From IMG/VR virus record IMGVR_UViG_3300009528_000005, positions 1 to 50,805 of that record: a stretch of 50,805 nucleotides of DNA, one strand, 5' to 3'. Each line of letters begins with the position of its first letter. Position 1 is the first letter of the stretch. Below, piece after piece: positions 35,507 through 45,852 of this stretch. Position numbers and translations under genes: made by a program. This stretch comes from a virus (taxonomy: Duplodnaviria; Caudoviricetes). Below the pieces are notes generated by a model that was not told the origin of the DNA, made no database searches, and was given only the letters and a program-made list of their open reading frames with translations.

Positions 35507-37063
35507 ATGCCAAAAATACCAAGATATGAAGCAAGGAAAGCTTTACCCAGCGGTGGTGGTGTGCGCTTGGGAGTCGGGGCCGCAACCGCCGTACCACGGG
35601 CTATCGCAGGAGCGGGTAGGAGTATAAGTCAGCTTGGCGATGTTGCCTTTAGAATTGGAGAGGCATTTCGGAAGGCTAAGCAAACAAGGCAGGTGTCTGA
35701 GCAAAGCACGGTTCTTGCAAACGAGATAAATAACCTGCAATTAAATTACGAGCAACGGGCGGAGATAGATATAAACCAATTTGCTACCGATGTTCAAAGA
35801 ATAACAGAGGCAAGATTAAAAGCGATAGGAGACAAAGAAGTCGCAGATATTGTTAGGATTCGTGGATTGGGTTATGCGGGAAGTGCGACTAGGGCTATTA
35901 CAAGAGCATCACGGGTTAAAGATCAAAAAGTGGCTAATGCGGTTCTTTTTGAGAAACAGAGAACTAATGCAAAACTGGCCGCAACTGCACACGATGATGA
36001 AGCAAGGCAAGATTATATAGATGAATATTTTGTGGATGTAGATAAATTCGCTGCCCGTGGACTCATTGGTGCTGATGATGTGGTTAGAAAAAAACAGTCT
36101 TTTATGGCAGAGCTTGAGATTAATGAAATTCATGAGCTTATATTGTCTAATCCCAGAGAAGCAATCAGGGCTATTAAAGATCCTGCCCAAACAGGTAATA
36201 TCTCTCAAGATATTTTGCGTAGGCTTAAAGATAGGGCGAAGGCGGCGATAAAGGCTCAAGAAATTGAGGTTGAAAGAAAAGAAGCCAAGGCCAAGAAGCT
36301 TGAAGATGAAGCAGAGATTAAGGCAATAGCACAATGGGAAGGGGATGCTCTGGCTAGGTTTCCTAAGATGGAACTTTCGGCACCAGAAGTTATGGCGCTT
36401 CCGAATACTCCACGATGGATTGTGGTTAAGACAAGATGGTTAAACAATCTTACGAAACAGACAGATGCTATCAACAAAGGAAAGAAAGACCCATTTGAAG
36501 TGGATGTGCCAAAAACTGTGGCGGAGATGTGGACTGAAATACATATCGCATCAGAGAATTTTGAAACGAAAGAAGATATTTTGGACAAGTATCACGGCAA
36601 AGGTGTTAGTACGAATACTGTGAATAAAGGCATTAAAGAGTGGACAACTAAACCAAAAGACCCAACCAAAACAGCAAGGGCTAAGCGTGGCTTTACTGTC
36701 CTCAAAAATTTAGAAACTGATGGTGTATATGATACAGATGAAAAGAAAAACATACTTATTTGGAATCAGAAGACTAACCAATTGGAGCAATGGATAGAAG
36801 ACAATCCCGATGCTTCCGATGCAGCCTTTGAAAGTTATATAGAACAACTTGTGGAGGTAGAAAAAAGAAATTGGGTGTTGAGATTGTTTGATACTTTTTC
36901 TGAGGTTGCAACGGGTGAAATGGCTGTAAGAGCTGCAAGGATTGTAAAGACTGTAAAGACTACAAAAAAAAGAGAACGGGCTATTAGAGAACTTAAAATG
37001 GCTGGTATGCCTATAACTGAAGCGAATATCGAGAATGCTATGCAACAAATAGAGGCAGAGTAA
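35507..37063 (+). CDS. Internal virion (ejection) protein
   Basis: MPKIP.Y start, helical, syntenic. Confidence 0.7.
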   Translation: MPKIPRYEARKALPSGGGVRLGVGAATAVPRAIAGAGRSISQLGDVAFRIGEAFRKAKQTRQVSEQSTVLANEINNLQLNYEQRAEIDINQFATDVQRITEARLKAIGDKEVADIVRIRGLGYAGSATRAITRASRVKDQKVANAVLFEKQRTNAKLAATAHDDEARQDYIDEYFVDVDKFAARGLIGADDVVRKKQSFMAELEINEIHELILSNPREAIRAIKDPAQTGNISQDILRRLKDRAKAAIKAQEIEVERKEAKAKKLEDEAEIKAIAQWEGDALARFPKMELSAPEVMALPNTPRWIVVKTRWLNNLTKQTDAINKGKKDPFEVDVPKTVAEMWTEIHIASENFETKEDILDKYHGKGVSTNTVNKGIKEWTTKPKDPTKTARAKRGFTVLKNLETDGVYDTDEKKNILIWNQKTNQLEQWIEDNPDASDAAFESYIEQLVEVEKRNWVLRLFDTFSEVATGEMAVRAARIVKTVKTTKKRERAIRELKMAGMPITEANIENAMQQIEAE

Positions 37064-40000
37064 TGCCAATAGACGTATCATTATTACCAGATCAACCAGA
37101 ACCAGATATTGCTACTGGTATAATAGATGTATCTTTGCTACCCGATAAGGGTGAGGAGATTGTTTCTTTTCGTGCTGGCAAGCCACTATCAATCAAGGAG
37201 CGATTCAAGGATTTATTCAGAATTGATTTTGAAGATCAACGAGCTAAGGCCGCTAATGCTATGGCATATTCGGAGGCATTTGGTATATCCCCTAGTGAGG
37301 CTTATAGAAATCACGATGCAATCTCTAAGCAACTTGGTGGTCAGGATATGCCCACTACACCTGAATTAGTTGGTGGTCTGTTCATATTGCCCATCACAGC
37401 AGGGTTAATAATGCATCCTGTATCAACCATATTGGGTTTGGCTACATTTGAGGCACTAGGCGAGGCCGAGAGTCTTGCTATATCTCTTGGCAAGAACGAG
37501 AAATACAAAGTCTTTCAGAAGCGTGGCTTAGCAGATTTATTGCCAGAAGATATAAACGACCTGACAGAAACCATTGTAGAAACTTTTGATTTCATGTGGA
37601 AACTTAAAGCTGGCAAGAGTGTATTTGACCGTGCGCCTCAGTTGCGTGAGAGATTTACCAAGCAAATTATAGAAGAACACAAATTGCCAGAAAAACTATT
37701 CATAGATCCTAGGGACTTGAAAACAGAACTTCAACGCGGGGGTGTATTACCTGCCGAGGAACTAGCAATTTATAAAGAGCTTGGATTGTCGGGTAAGGAA
37801 GCACGGGCAGCTATAAAATATGGAGTTCATATTGATATACCAGCCGAGAAGATAATCACGGTCAAGGATAGACCTTGGTTTGCTACTGTTAAAAAAATAT
37901 TGAAGATAGACCCTGCGCAGGAAACACGAGTGTTAAGAGAGGGCAAACCTGAGTTTAGGCTTGGAGAGAAGATCGAGCCTGAAGTAAAGCCCAAGGAAAA
38001 GATTGAGATTGTACCACCAGAACAACTTATTGCCGAGAAAATTAAACGTTTAACCCCGGAACAACGACAGGTTGAAATTGATAGGATAATGGCTGAAGCT
38101 CCTGCTGAGAAACGACAGGCAGAAATAGAACGTATAATGGGTGATGAAGTTGTAATTACTAGGCGTATTCGCGAGAAGAAACCACCTACCTCACCCAAGG
38201 AAATACGAGAGCAACTTGCACTTGAAAAAAAAGTTGTAAAGACACGGGTGCGAATCATTACGGGTCAAACCAAGATAGGCAAGCTAATAGCTGAAGAAGA
38301 TGCACTCAAAGCAGCTTTTAAGAAGTCTGAGCAGGCCGCAAGGATAGCAGAGCGAGAAGGTCGTAAGGAGGGTGTGGCGCAAGAGAAAACAAGACAAGCC
38401 GTATTAAAAGAACGGGCTAAGGCAAGAAAGGAACAACTCGTCAAAGTTCGCACGATGATAAATCAGCTAAAAGACATTAAGAAGAAAACCGAGAAGATAA
38501 CTCCTACACAAGCCGAAGCTATAGATAATCTTCTTGAGAATCTTGATCTTACTCGAATTACGCCCAAGACCACATTAAAACTATCACGAACCAGAGAATT
38601 TCTTGAGGATAATCCTGAAGCCGAGATGCCGGATTATGTGTTTGAGCGACTAAGGCGACTAGACCAACGAAATGTCAAGGATGTCACTATAGATGAACTT
38701 GAATCTATCCATGCCGCTGTTATGCATCATATTCATCTTGAAAATACTAAGCAAACCATCTTTGTACGCAGGAAGAGAAGACGTGTCAAGCAGGTACTTC
38801 ATGATGCCGTGGGCGAAATGAAACCGCCAAAGATGGTTGAGGAAAAAATAATACTATCACAAAAGGGTAGATTCAAACGACTCAAGAAAACCGGCACTCT
38901 CATCAAAAATACAATGGGTATTAGACATGACCACTTTGATTTAATTATTGAGAGTCTTGCGGGGCCGAATAGCACGATGGACAAAATTTTGTTTCAAGCT
39001 ATGAAAGAAGGTGTAACAAAACAACTCAGTTACAGGCAGAATGCTTACAAGAAATTCCAAAATGATATTAAAGATGTTGATGTTAAAGATATAGCCAAGT
39101 GGGCCAATGAAGAAGTTACAATTGGCAAGTTTACGCTTACCCGTGGGCACCGCATGGCATTATATCGCCACTCATTAAACGCTGATAACAGGCAAGCTAT
39201 CTTGAAGGGCGGATTTGGCGACAGAATAAGTGATACACCAAATCAGGTGTTTAAGATAACAGAAGATGAGTTGCTTGAAATCCTTGATAGCTTAACATTG
39301 CAAGAGCTATCTATTGCTGGTGATTCCGTAACGGATTTATTTGAAAGACAATATGATTCTCTTAACAAAGTATTCTATGAAAAGAATCATTATGATTTAC
39401 CTAGAGTTGATAACTATTATCCCAAGGAGGTTATGCCTTTATCAAGGGGCAAGGACATAGAATTTGAAGAGGCATTAGAACGATTCAAGGGCAAGTTTGT
39501 TAGGGTAGGTGTGCCAAAAGGTATGCTTGAGGCACGGCTTGGTTCTATAAAACCTCTTTATCTTAATTCGTTATTCTATGATCTCAACAAGAGCATAATG
39601 AAATCAGCGGCCTATATAGGGCTTGAGTTGCCATTAACCAATGCCTCTAAGTTGTTGTACGATAAAACTTTTAGGCGTGAATTATCAGATAGATATGGTG
39701 AAATAACTTGGAAAGAAATCGAGAAGGGCTTGCGTGATATAGCTGGTGATTATCTGAGCTATACAACCACCGAGGAAATCTTGTTGCGGTGGAAAAACAA
39801 TCTTTCAACGGCCATTCTTGGTATCAACCCATTTGTTATGTCAAAGCAGGTTCTTTCATTGCCATTATATTTACCGTATGTAAAAGGAGAATATTTGTGG
39901 CGTGGGATCATAGACACAATTAATGATCCAAAAGGGATTTCAGCAAGGCACAAGGTTTATTCACCAGAATACCTTGAACGAGTTGAAGGAGGTTTTAGCC

Positions 40001-40860
40001 GTGATGTAGCCGATGTATTTAAAGCTGGTGTTGAAAAGAGATTGTTTGCTGGTAAAAAAACTGTACGTGAATCTGTTATGTCAGGTATTAAGTTATTTGA
40101 CAAGGGAGCGGTTATTCCTGGTATGCAGGGTGCGGTGCTCCAAGTGCTTGCTGAACTTGAAGTTGGTAAATTATCCCGTGAAGTAAAGCAAGCTCTGGAT
40201 ATAACAAATGAAGACATTGCCAAATTAACACCAGAAGATAAGATGGGGTTGGCCTATAAGTTTGCTGATTATGCGACAGAACGAACACAACCGATGTTTT
40301 CACCAGAACATAGATCATCTCTTTCAAGAGGCAGTCCAATAGAAAGATTGGCTACAATGTTTGCGGCTTTTACAAATCAAGCCTTGAATCTAATGAGAAG
40401 AACTTGGCGAGAAGCTCAAAGAACCAAAGATCCAGAAGTTTATAATAAATGGATTAAGTCTATGTTCATACTTCTTGTGATTAACCCGTTGGGCGTAGCG
40501 GCTATTGATGAAATAAGAGACAGGGTATACAAACGCAAAAAGAAGCCAGCACTTGTTAGCAGGATTCTTAACAGTTATGCTAATTACTTTTTCTTTATAA
40601 GAGATTTAGCTTCTTCAGTTATTAGCGGGATAGAGCGTGGTAAGTTTCTAGGATATGACGTAGAACTCCCGATTTCAAGATATGCAGAACTTGTAAGAGA
40701 TGTTCTCGTAGATGGTGTGACCTTGCTAATAGAAACAAATCCACGAAAAAGAAAGAAAGCAGCAGATAGTTTTGTGAATAATTCAATTACTCTAATGTTA
40801 CTACAAATGGGTATTCCTTATGAAACACCCAAGAAAATAGTAAAGGCAGTTATAGAATAA
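37063..40860 (+). CDS. Large internal virion / DNA ejection protein
   Basis: 1265 aa helical protein; syntenic position. Confidence 0.7.
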   Translation: MPIDVSLLPDQPEPDIATGIIDVSLLPDKGEEIVSFRAGKPLSIKERFKDLFRIDFEDQRAKAANAMAYSEAFGISPSEAYRNHDAISKQLGGQDMPTTPELVGGLFILPITAGLIMHPVSTILGLATFEALGEAESLAISLGKNEKYKVFQKRGLADLLPEDINDLTETIVETFDFMWKLKAGKSVFDRAPQLRERFTKQIIEEHKLPEKLFIDPRDLKTELQRGGVLPAEELAIYKELGLSGKEARAAIKYGVHIDIPAEKIITVKDRPWFATVKKILKIDPAQETRVLREGKPEFRLGEKIEPEVKPKEKIEIVPPEQLIAEKIKRLTPEQRQVEIDRIMAEAPAEKRQAEIERIMGDEVVITRRIREKKPPTSPKEIREQLALEKKVVKTRVRIITGQTKIGKLIAEEDALKAAFKKSEQAARIAEREGRKEGVAQEKTRQAVLKERAKARKEQLVKVRTMINQLKDIKKKTEKITPTQAEAIDNLLENLDLTRITPKTTLKLSRTREFLEDNPEAEMPDYVFERLRRLDQRNVKDVTIDELESIHAAVMHHIHLENTKQTIFVRRKRRRVKQVLHDAVGEMKPPKMVEEKIILSQKGRFKRLKKTGTLIKNTMGIRHDHFDLIIESLAGPNSTMDKILFQAMKEGVTKQLSYRQNAYKKFQNDIKDVDVKDIAKWANEEVTIGKFTLTRGHRMALYRHSLNADNRQAILKGGFGDRISDTPNQVFKITEDELLEILDSLTLQELSIAGDSVTDLFERQYDSLNKVFYEKNHYDLPRVDNYYPKEVMPLSRGKDIEFEEALERFKGKFVRVGVPKGMLEARLGSIKPLYLNSLFYDLNKSIMKSAAYIGLELPLTNASKLLYDKTFRRELSDRYGEITWKEIEKGLRDIAGDYLSYTTTEEILLRWKNNLSTAILGINPFVMSKQVLSLPLYLPYVKGEYLWRGIIDTINDPKGISARHKVYSPEYLERVEGGFSRDVADVFKAGVEKRLFAGKKTVRESVMSGIKLFDKGAVIPGMQGAVLQVLAELEVGKLSREVKQALDITNEDIAKLTPEDKMGLAYKFADYATERTQPMFSPEHRSSLSRGSPIERLATMFAAFTNQALNLMRRTWREAQRTKDPEVYNKWIKSMFILLVINPLGVAAIDEIRDRVYKRKKKPALVSRILNSYANYFFFIRDLASSVISGIERGKFLGYDVELPISRYAELVRDVLVDGVTLLIETNPRKRKKAADSFVNNSITLMLLQMGIPYETPKKIVKAVIE

Positions 40861-40884
40861 ACATTACCATAGGAGGAAACGAGG

Positions 40885-41232
40885 ATGAAAGGTCGCATGA
40901 AAGATGGCAGGTATCTAATGAAGACAGATGAGGAATCATTGGTTTTCGGAGCTAGTGATGTTGTAAAAAGCTTTACTATAACAGAGGTGGGTCTGACGTA
41001 TGCGATTCTGGTCGTGTTGCCGAATTGGACCAATGACGTAACGGGTGTGTTGTCCATTGAGAACTCGGACAGTAATGAAATTTATGCGTCTGACGATTTG
41101 GACAGGAATGAAACGCACATGATCCCGACAGAAAAGCCGCTTGTGGGTACAAACACAGTAAAGCTCACGCTATTCGGTGTTCCCGGTGGTAGTGGTGGCA
41201 CGGCAACCGTAACTATATATATACGAAATTAA
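40885..41232 (+). CDS. Small beta-sandwich virion protein
   Basis: AGGAGG SD. Confidence 0.65.
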   Translation: MKGRMKDGRYLMKTDEESLVFGASDVVKSFTITEVGLTYAILVVLPNWTNDVTGVLSIENSDSNEIYASDDLDRNETHMIPTEKPLVGTNTVKLTLFGVPGGSGGTATVTIYIRN

Positions 41233-41250
41233 GACAGGAGGTAACAAGAA

Positions 41251-41832
41251 ATGGCAAAACACCATGACAAGAAACCGAAGGAAGATGTTGTAAAGATCAA
41301 GCCCCTCACGATTACCGATATTGTGATTAAAACTGTGGAAAAGATCGTGGAATTACCACGGGCCAAGTTTATTGAAGTGGAGGTTGAGGTTGAAAGACCT
41401 AAATACGTGGACAAGGATTTTGAGCGTCCGATAATCAAAGATGTGGAATACGAGCGCCCTGTGATTCAGGACAAGGAATACGAGCGTCCAATACCCGTGG
41501 ACAAAGAATACGAGCGTCCGGTAGTGAAGACGGTAGAGGTTAAGGTTGAGGTGCCGAAGCCAGTTGAGGTGCCGTATGACGTGCCGAAGGTAGCTATGGA
41601 AGAAGTTAAGACCATAGTCTCCGAGGTTACAGAGATGCTCAACGGGATTAGAAGTGCTCAGAAAGAGGCTTATGAGCTTTTAGAAGTTTTTAAGAAGGCT
41701 GTACGGGATGTGAAAGCTCAAATCCCCAAAGAGATCAAGGTGCCGAAAATCATTGAGGAAGAAGTAATTGTCGAGAAGCCGAAGTTCGTGACGAAAGTTA
41801 TTGAGATTCCACGGGTAAAGATTCGAGGTTGA
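41251..41832 (+). CDS. V/E/K/P repeat protein (articulin/alveolin-like)
   Basis: 10-aa repeats DKEYERPxxx. Confidence 0.75.
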   Translation: MAKHHDKKPKEDVVKIKPLTITDIVIKTVEKIVELPRAKFIEVEVEVERPKYVDKDFERPIIKDVEYERPVIQDKEYERPIPVDKEYERPVVKTVEVKVEVPKPVEVPYDVPKVAMEEVKTIVSEVTEMLNGIRSAQKEAYELLEVFKKAVRDVKAQIPKEIKVPKIIEEEVIVEKPKFVTKVIEIPRVKIRG

Positions 41833-41835
41833 TAA

Positions 41836-42303
41836 ATGGCTGAATATCACGATGAAAAGCATCCTCGGAAAATCTCTGAGATAGCGCCTGGAGAAGTCGA
41901 AATCTGGGGAAGCTCTGATGGCGGCACGACTTTTTATCCGGTTAAGGTTTCCATAGCCGGTGAAATACATATATTGACTGCGGGAACCGCAAAGACGATT
42001 CTAACTGCCGCCATAGACATCTCTTCTTCTGGTGACAATGAGATTGTTGCTGCGGATGCTAACAACAAAATCAAGGTTGTTTCTTTGACTTTTACAATGA
42101 GTGCAGAGAACGACATTACGTTGGTACACGGAACAACTGACTTTTCTGGTGCAATGCCTTTTGCGGGGACGAATGAGCCTAAAGGTATGACCATGAACTT
42201 CTGGCCTTTTCCTTTAGAAACTGCTTTGAACGAAGCTTTTATCATCAACTTGGGCACGGCGGCGCAGGTTAGCGGTTTGACTCAATATTTCAAAGAGGCA
42301 TAA
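41836..42303 (+). CDS. Putative tail/decoration protein
   Basis: Beta-rich; late operon. Confidence 0.65.
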   Translation: MAEYHDEKHPRKISEIAPGEVEIWGSSDGGTTFYPVKVSIAGEIHILTAGTAKTILTAAIDISSSGDNEIVAADANNKIKVVSLTFTMSAENDITLVHGTTDFSGAMPFAGTNEPKGMTMNFWPFPLETALNEAFIINLGTAAQVSGLTQYFKEA

Positions 42304-42316
42304 CGATGGAGGGACT

Positions 42317-42682
42317 ATGAAACAAATGGTTGGAATGATTGTTATGAATATTGTCTTTGGTTTGTTCTGTCTCCTGGCGGCTGTTCCTGCATACGCTGGC
42401 TCCACAGTGTCATTCGCCTGGGACGCGAACCAGGAAGTTGACTTAGCGGGGTATCGTCTATATCAGACCACGACTCCTGGGGCCTATTCCTCGCCTCATG
42501 TAGCCGAGATTCCGGTGGGAACGGAAACGGTTACACTTTCTGACGTACCAGATGGTACTTGGTTTTGGGTGCTGACAGCGTTTGACAGCTTTAACAATGA
42601 GAGCGGGCCGAGTAATGAAGTAACGAAAAGTATAGACACGGAAGCACCCACGGCGCCGTGCTTGCTTAGGTTCGTAAACTAG
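42317..42682 (+). CDS. Signal peptide + fibronectin type III domain
   Basis: AYA cleavage; WDAN.E.DLAGY.LY...TAFD...NES..SNEV. Confidence 0.85.
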   Translation: MKQMVGMIVMNIVFGLFCLLAAVPAYAGSTVSFAWDANQEVDLAGYRLYQTTTPGAYSSPHVAEIPVGTETVTLSDVPDGTWFWVLTAFDSFNNESGPSNEVTKSIDTEAPTAPCLLRFVN

Positions 42683-42694
42683 TAGGAGGCTAGA

Positions 42695-43186
42695 ATGGCC
42701 CAGCTTGTTGTAATACACGAAAACTGCGCCAAGAGAAAGGTTGAGCGAGGTATAAGAAAAACTGAGGCTGAAGATCATGCCATTCAACCGGTTGGCGATA
42801 TTGCCGGCGTTTTTGAGGATGGTTACAGATTTTCGCCTACCGAGCAGGATATTTTTGAGATCATTCAGATTTCAGATTGCGTGAAGAAGCAGCTTATAAA
42901 CGCCTTGCCGACTCCAGAATGTAGTGAGATTTATAAATCGAAAACTACAGAATGGACACTTGAACGGGCAGAAGAAAAGGAGGCTTGGAAAAATACAGAT
43001 GGTAGGTGGTGCTTTCTCGAAAAGAGTCCAAAATTCTTGCTCTCTATTGCAAATCTAACAGAGAAGGAAAAACAAGATTTGGTTGAGAAGCCCTTTATTG
43101 AGAAGGAATCCATAATTGCAAAATTTAAGAACCGGATAAAGGACTATCCAGAAAATTTTGTTGAGGTGACGGACTTAAATAAATAA
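42695..43186 (+). CDS. Hypothetical protein
   Basis: AGGAGG SD, TAATG coupling. Confidence 0.7.
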   Translation: MAQLVVIHENCAKRKVERGIRKTEAEDHAIQPVGDIAGVFEDGYRFSPTEQDIFEIIQISDCVKKQLINALPTPECSEIYKSKTTEWTLERAEEKEAWKNTDGRWCFLEKSPKFLLSIANLTEKEKQDLVEKPFIEKESIIAKFKNRIKDYPENFVEVTDLNK

Positions 43187-44271
43187 TGGCAGCTCGAACA
43201 GCAGCAATATATCCAGCTAATTCAGATAATGCACCTAGCGGCTACGATGCCACTTATACCACCATGTCTTTGATGGAAACTGGTGAGGATGGAGATCTCA
43301 CGGGAGCCAACGAGCTTGAGGTAAGTATAACCGAAAACGCTGGCGAGAATGGTGATTGGGAAGCGCAGGGGATTGATGATGACGAGACTAGTTTTACGGG
43401 TTGGACGACAGATGCCGCACATGATATCACAATTACTACTCTCAATGATGGTGCTCGGAACATGTATACGGATGGTAAGTGGAGTACATCTGCATATCGA
43501 AAGGAGAATGGAGGAGATACTCAAACTCCTATAAGAATCAACAACACTAATCGTATAGATGTCACTTTTGACGGGCTGCAAATAAAATATACTGGTGGTG
43601 AGAATGTTCAACCCCTTTTTACCCGTATCGGGGCAGCCTCCTCTACTGTTATAATAAAAAATTCCTATTTATGGGACGATGGTGCTGGGTCAAGTAGAGC
43701 TTTTTATTCCCTTGATGCAAACATTACTACCTGGCTTATAAACTGTATTCTTCTTGCTAGCGGAGATGTGTTATATATTGCAGGTGGAGTTGTAAAGTTA
43801 TATAATTGTACGATTACTTTAGGGGGAGGTGCTGGGATAGAGACTGATAATAATGACGTTATTGCAATAAACTGTGCGGTTTTTAATACAGCCAATGATT
43901 TTAAGGATACTTTTACTACGATTGATTATTGCGCCTCAGATGATGTAGATGGGACCAATCCGGTAGACATTTCCCCGGCAAACGGAACTGAAGCCGATAA
44001 ATGGGCCTTGGCCTTTACGGATTACGCTAATGGTGATTTCAGAATAAAAGACGTAGACAGCGTATTATATCAGGCTGGCTTGGATCACTCAACGGATGCT
44101 AATGTGCCTACGATTGACATTGCTGGCAATGCAAGAGTGGATGGCAGCGAGAGTATCGGAGCGTTTGAGTATCCGGTGGTAGCAGGCCGTATTATGTCAA
44201 GTCTTGTTAGTGCTGGTGGTTTAGCTGGCATGGGAGGCATTGCCGGACAAGGAGGAGGGTTGGCAGGATAA
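43186..44271 (+). CDS. Parallel beta-helix tail protein
   Basis: LINC/LYNCT/AINC repeats; DF.I, DIAG..R...IGAFEY. Confidence 0.75.
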   Translation: MAARTAAIYPANSDNAPSGYDATYTTMSLMETGEDGDLTGANELEVSITENAGENGDWEAQGIDDDETSFTGWTTDAAHDITITTLNDGARNMYTDGKWSTSAYRKENGGDTQTPIRINNTNRIDVTFDGLQIKYTGGENVQPLFTRIGAASSTVIIKNSYLWDDGAGSSRAFYSLDANITTWLINCILLASGDVLYIAGGVVKLYNCTITLGGGAGIETDNNDVIAINCAVFNTANDFKDTFTTIDYCASDDVDGTNPVDISPANGTEADKWALAFTDYANGDFRIKDVDSVLYQAGLDHSTDANVPTIDIAGNARVDGSESIGAFEYPVVAGRIMSSLVSAGGLAGMGGIAGQGGGLAG

Positions 44272-45293
44272 TGTACTTAGGTGATTTCAAAGAAGATGGA
44301 GATATTTATTTTAAGTTTACCACTCGTGCCTTTGCAACGGGTATACCTGGGACTTTGGCTAACACTCCGGTTTTGTCTGTCTATATAGATGAGGCAGACG
44401 GTACAGAAAAGACCACAGCAGAAAACTACTTCGATCTTGATGTGGATTTTGATAGTATAACTGGATTGAATAACGTCAGAATAGACTTGAGCGGAAATGC
44501 GTTTTTTGCTACTGGTGCTGATTATACCGTAGTAATTACCACGGGTGAAGTAGACAGTGTGTCGGTGATTGGTGAGGTGGTGGCGACATTTTCTATTGAG
44601 AATCGCTCGATGGGACAACCTGCGGGAGCGACCCTTGCGGCTGATATTGCGGCGATTAAAGCACAGACGGTTACTATTGAAGCCGACACAGATGATCTAC
44701 AGGGCAACCAGGGAGCCTGGGCCACTGCCGGAGCCGGGGATGTTGCTGGCGCAGAGGTTGATGTAACTAAAATACATGGATCGGCATTGACCGAGGGTGC
44801 TGCGGGAAGGCTGGCCGCTGCCTTTGTAAAGCTGTTTGATGTAGTGACCCCGTTGCTTGTAGCTTCGGATGTCATGCGAGGCAGTGATGTGGTCCCACGT
44901 ACCGCCCAACAAATAAGAGATGCGATGAAGTTGGCTCCAACAGGCAACTCACCAGCAGTAGGCTCGGTTGATAAACATTTAGATGATATTGAAACCGACA
45001 CAGGAGAAATTGGAACCGCTGGTGCAGGTTTGACAGACCTTGGAGCAATGTCTGACGGAATGAAGACTGAGGTTGGTGATGCTGTGGCTGATGAGGAATA
45101 TGACAATGACGGAACTGCCATCACTTTACGAGGGACCATTAAATTGCTTCTTGCTGTTTTATCGGGCAAGTCAAGCGGTGGTGGTACTGCAACCATCGTC
45201 TTCAGAGACATTGCAGATTCAAAGAATAGAATTAGTGCCACAGTAGATGCTAACGGGAACAGGACTGCTGTTGGCACAAGGGATGCCTCATAA
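44271..45293 (+). CDS. Putative tail fibre/structural protein
   Basis: A/G/T/D-rich; C-terminal FRD....RI.ATVD..GNRT. Confidence 0.7.
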   Translation: MYLGDFKEDGDIYFKFTTRAFATGIPGTLANTPVLSVYIDEADGTEKTTAENYFDLDVDFDSITGLNNVRIDLSGNAFFATGADYTVVITTGEVDSVSVIGEVVATFSIENRSMGQPAGATLAADIAAIKAQTVTIEADTDDLQGNQGAWATAGAGDVAGAEVDVTKIHGSALTEGAAGRLAAAFVKLFDVVTPLLVASDVMRGSDVVPRTAQQIRDAMKLAPTGNSPAVGSVDKHLDDIETDTGEIGTAGAGLTDLGAMSDGMKTEVGDAVADEEYDNDGTAITLRGTIKLLLAVLSGKSSGGGTATIVFRDIADSKNRISATVDANGNRTAVGTRDAS

Positions 45294-45418
45294 TGTTGAC
45301 TCCGGGGTTTTGGCCCTCGACTTACTTCTGCAAGAATTACTGGGCAGACGACTATTGGCCGAATTACGGGGTGGCGGTAGCAGTACCAGATCATTTAATG
45401 ATGCTCGGAATAGGATAA
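45293..45418 (+). CDS. Aromatic-rich 41 aa peptide (MLTPGFWPSTYF...LMMLGIG)
   Basis: TAATG coupling; translated by hand. Confidence 0.6.
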   Translation: MLTPGFWPSTYFCKNYWADDYWPNYGVAVAVPDHLMMLGIG

Positions 45419-45448
45419 ATTATAAAATGTTTTAGGAGGTGACAGGGA

Positions 45449-45847
45449 ATGAAACGGTTTTTAGCAATACCTCTTTGTTTGCTGATGTTGTTTTACGGCA
45501 CGGCACTCATGGGGTTTCAACCGCCAGAATGGGTTGTGCCAAGCTCTATGCTGACCGCCTCTGGCTCAGTTGCAAGTCCGGCAGGCTATCTTTATAAGGT
45601 TATGATAGTTACCGATGGCACTAACGATGTAACATTGAATTTGTATGACAGCTATCTTAAATACAGAACTCAGGCCGTAGTTGGAACAACGCTAATCGCT
45701 TCTCCAATTACTATTAATGCTGCGGCTACTTTTCAGCAAGTACAGACTATATCCTGGTATCCACCATTAGCATATTCGTCTGGTGTGTTCGCATCGCCAT
45801 CAAGCGCCGGAACTTTTAAGTTAATGTTCTATTATCGAGAGAGATAA
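45449..45847 (+). CDS. Signal-peptide beta-sandwich protein
   Basis: MKRF + hydrophobic; AGGAGG SD. Confidence 0.7.
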   Translation: MKRFLAIPLCLLMLFYGTALMGFQPPEWVVPSSMLTASGSVASPAGYLYKVMIVTDGTNDVTLNLYDSYLKYRTQAVVGTTLIASPITINAAATFQQVQTISWYPPLAYSSGVFASPSSAGTFKLMFYYRER

Positions 45848-45852
45848 AAACC

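Noticed and set aside
44522-45394. 290-aa antisense ORF (also 1891-2376 and similar)
   Set aside because: Shadow of codon bias on the coding strand; no SD or motifs.
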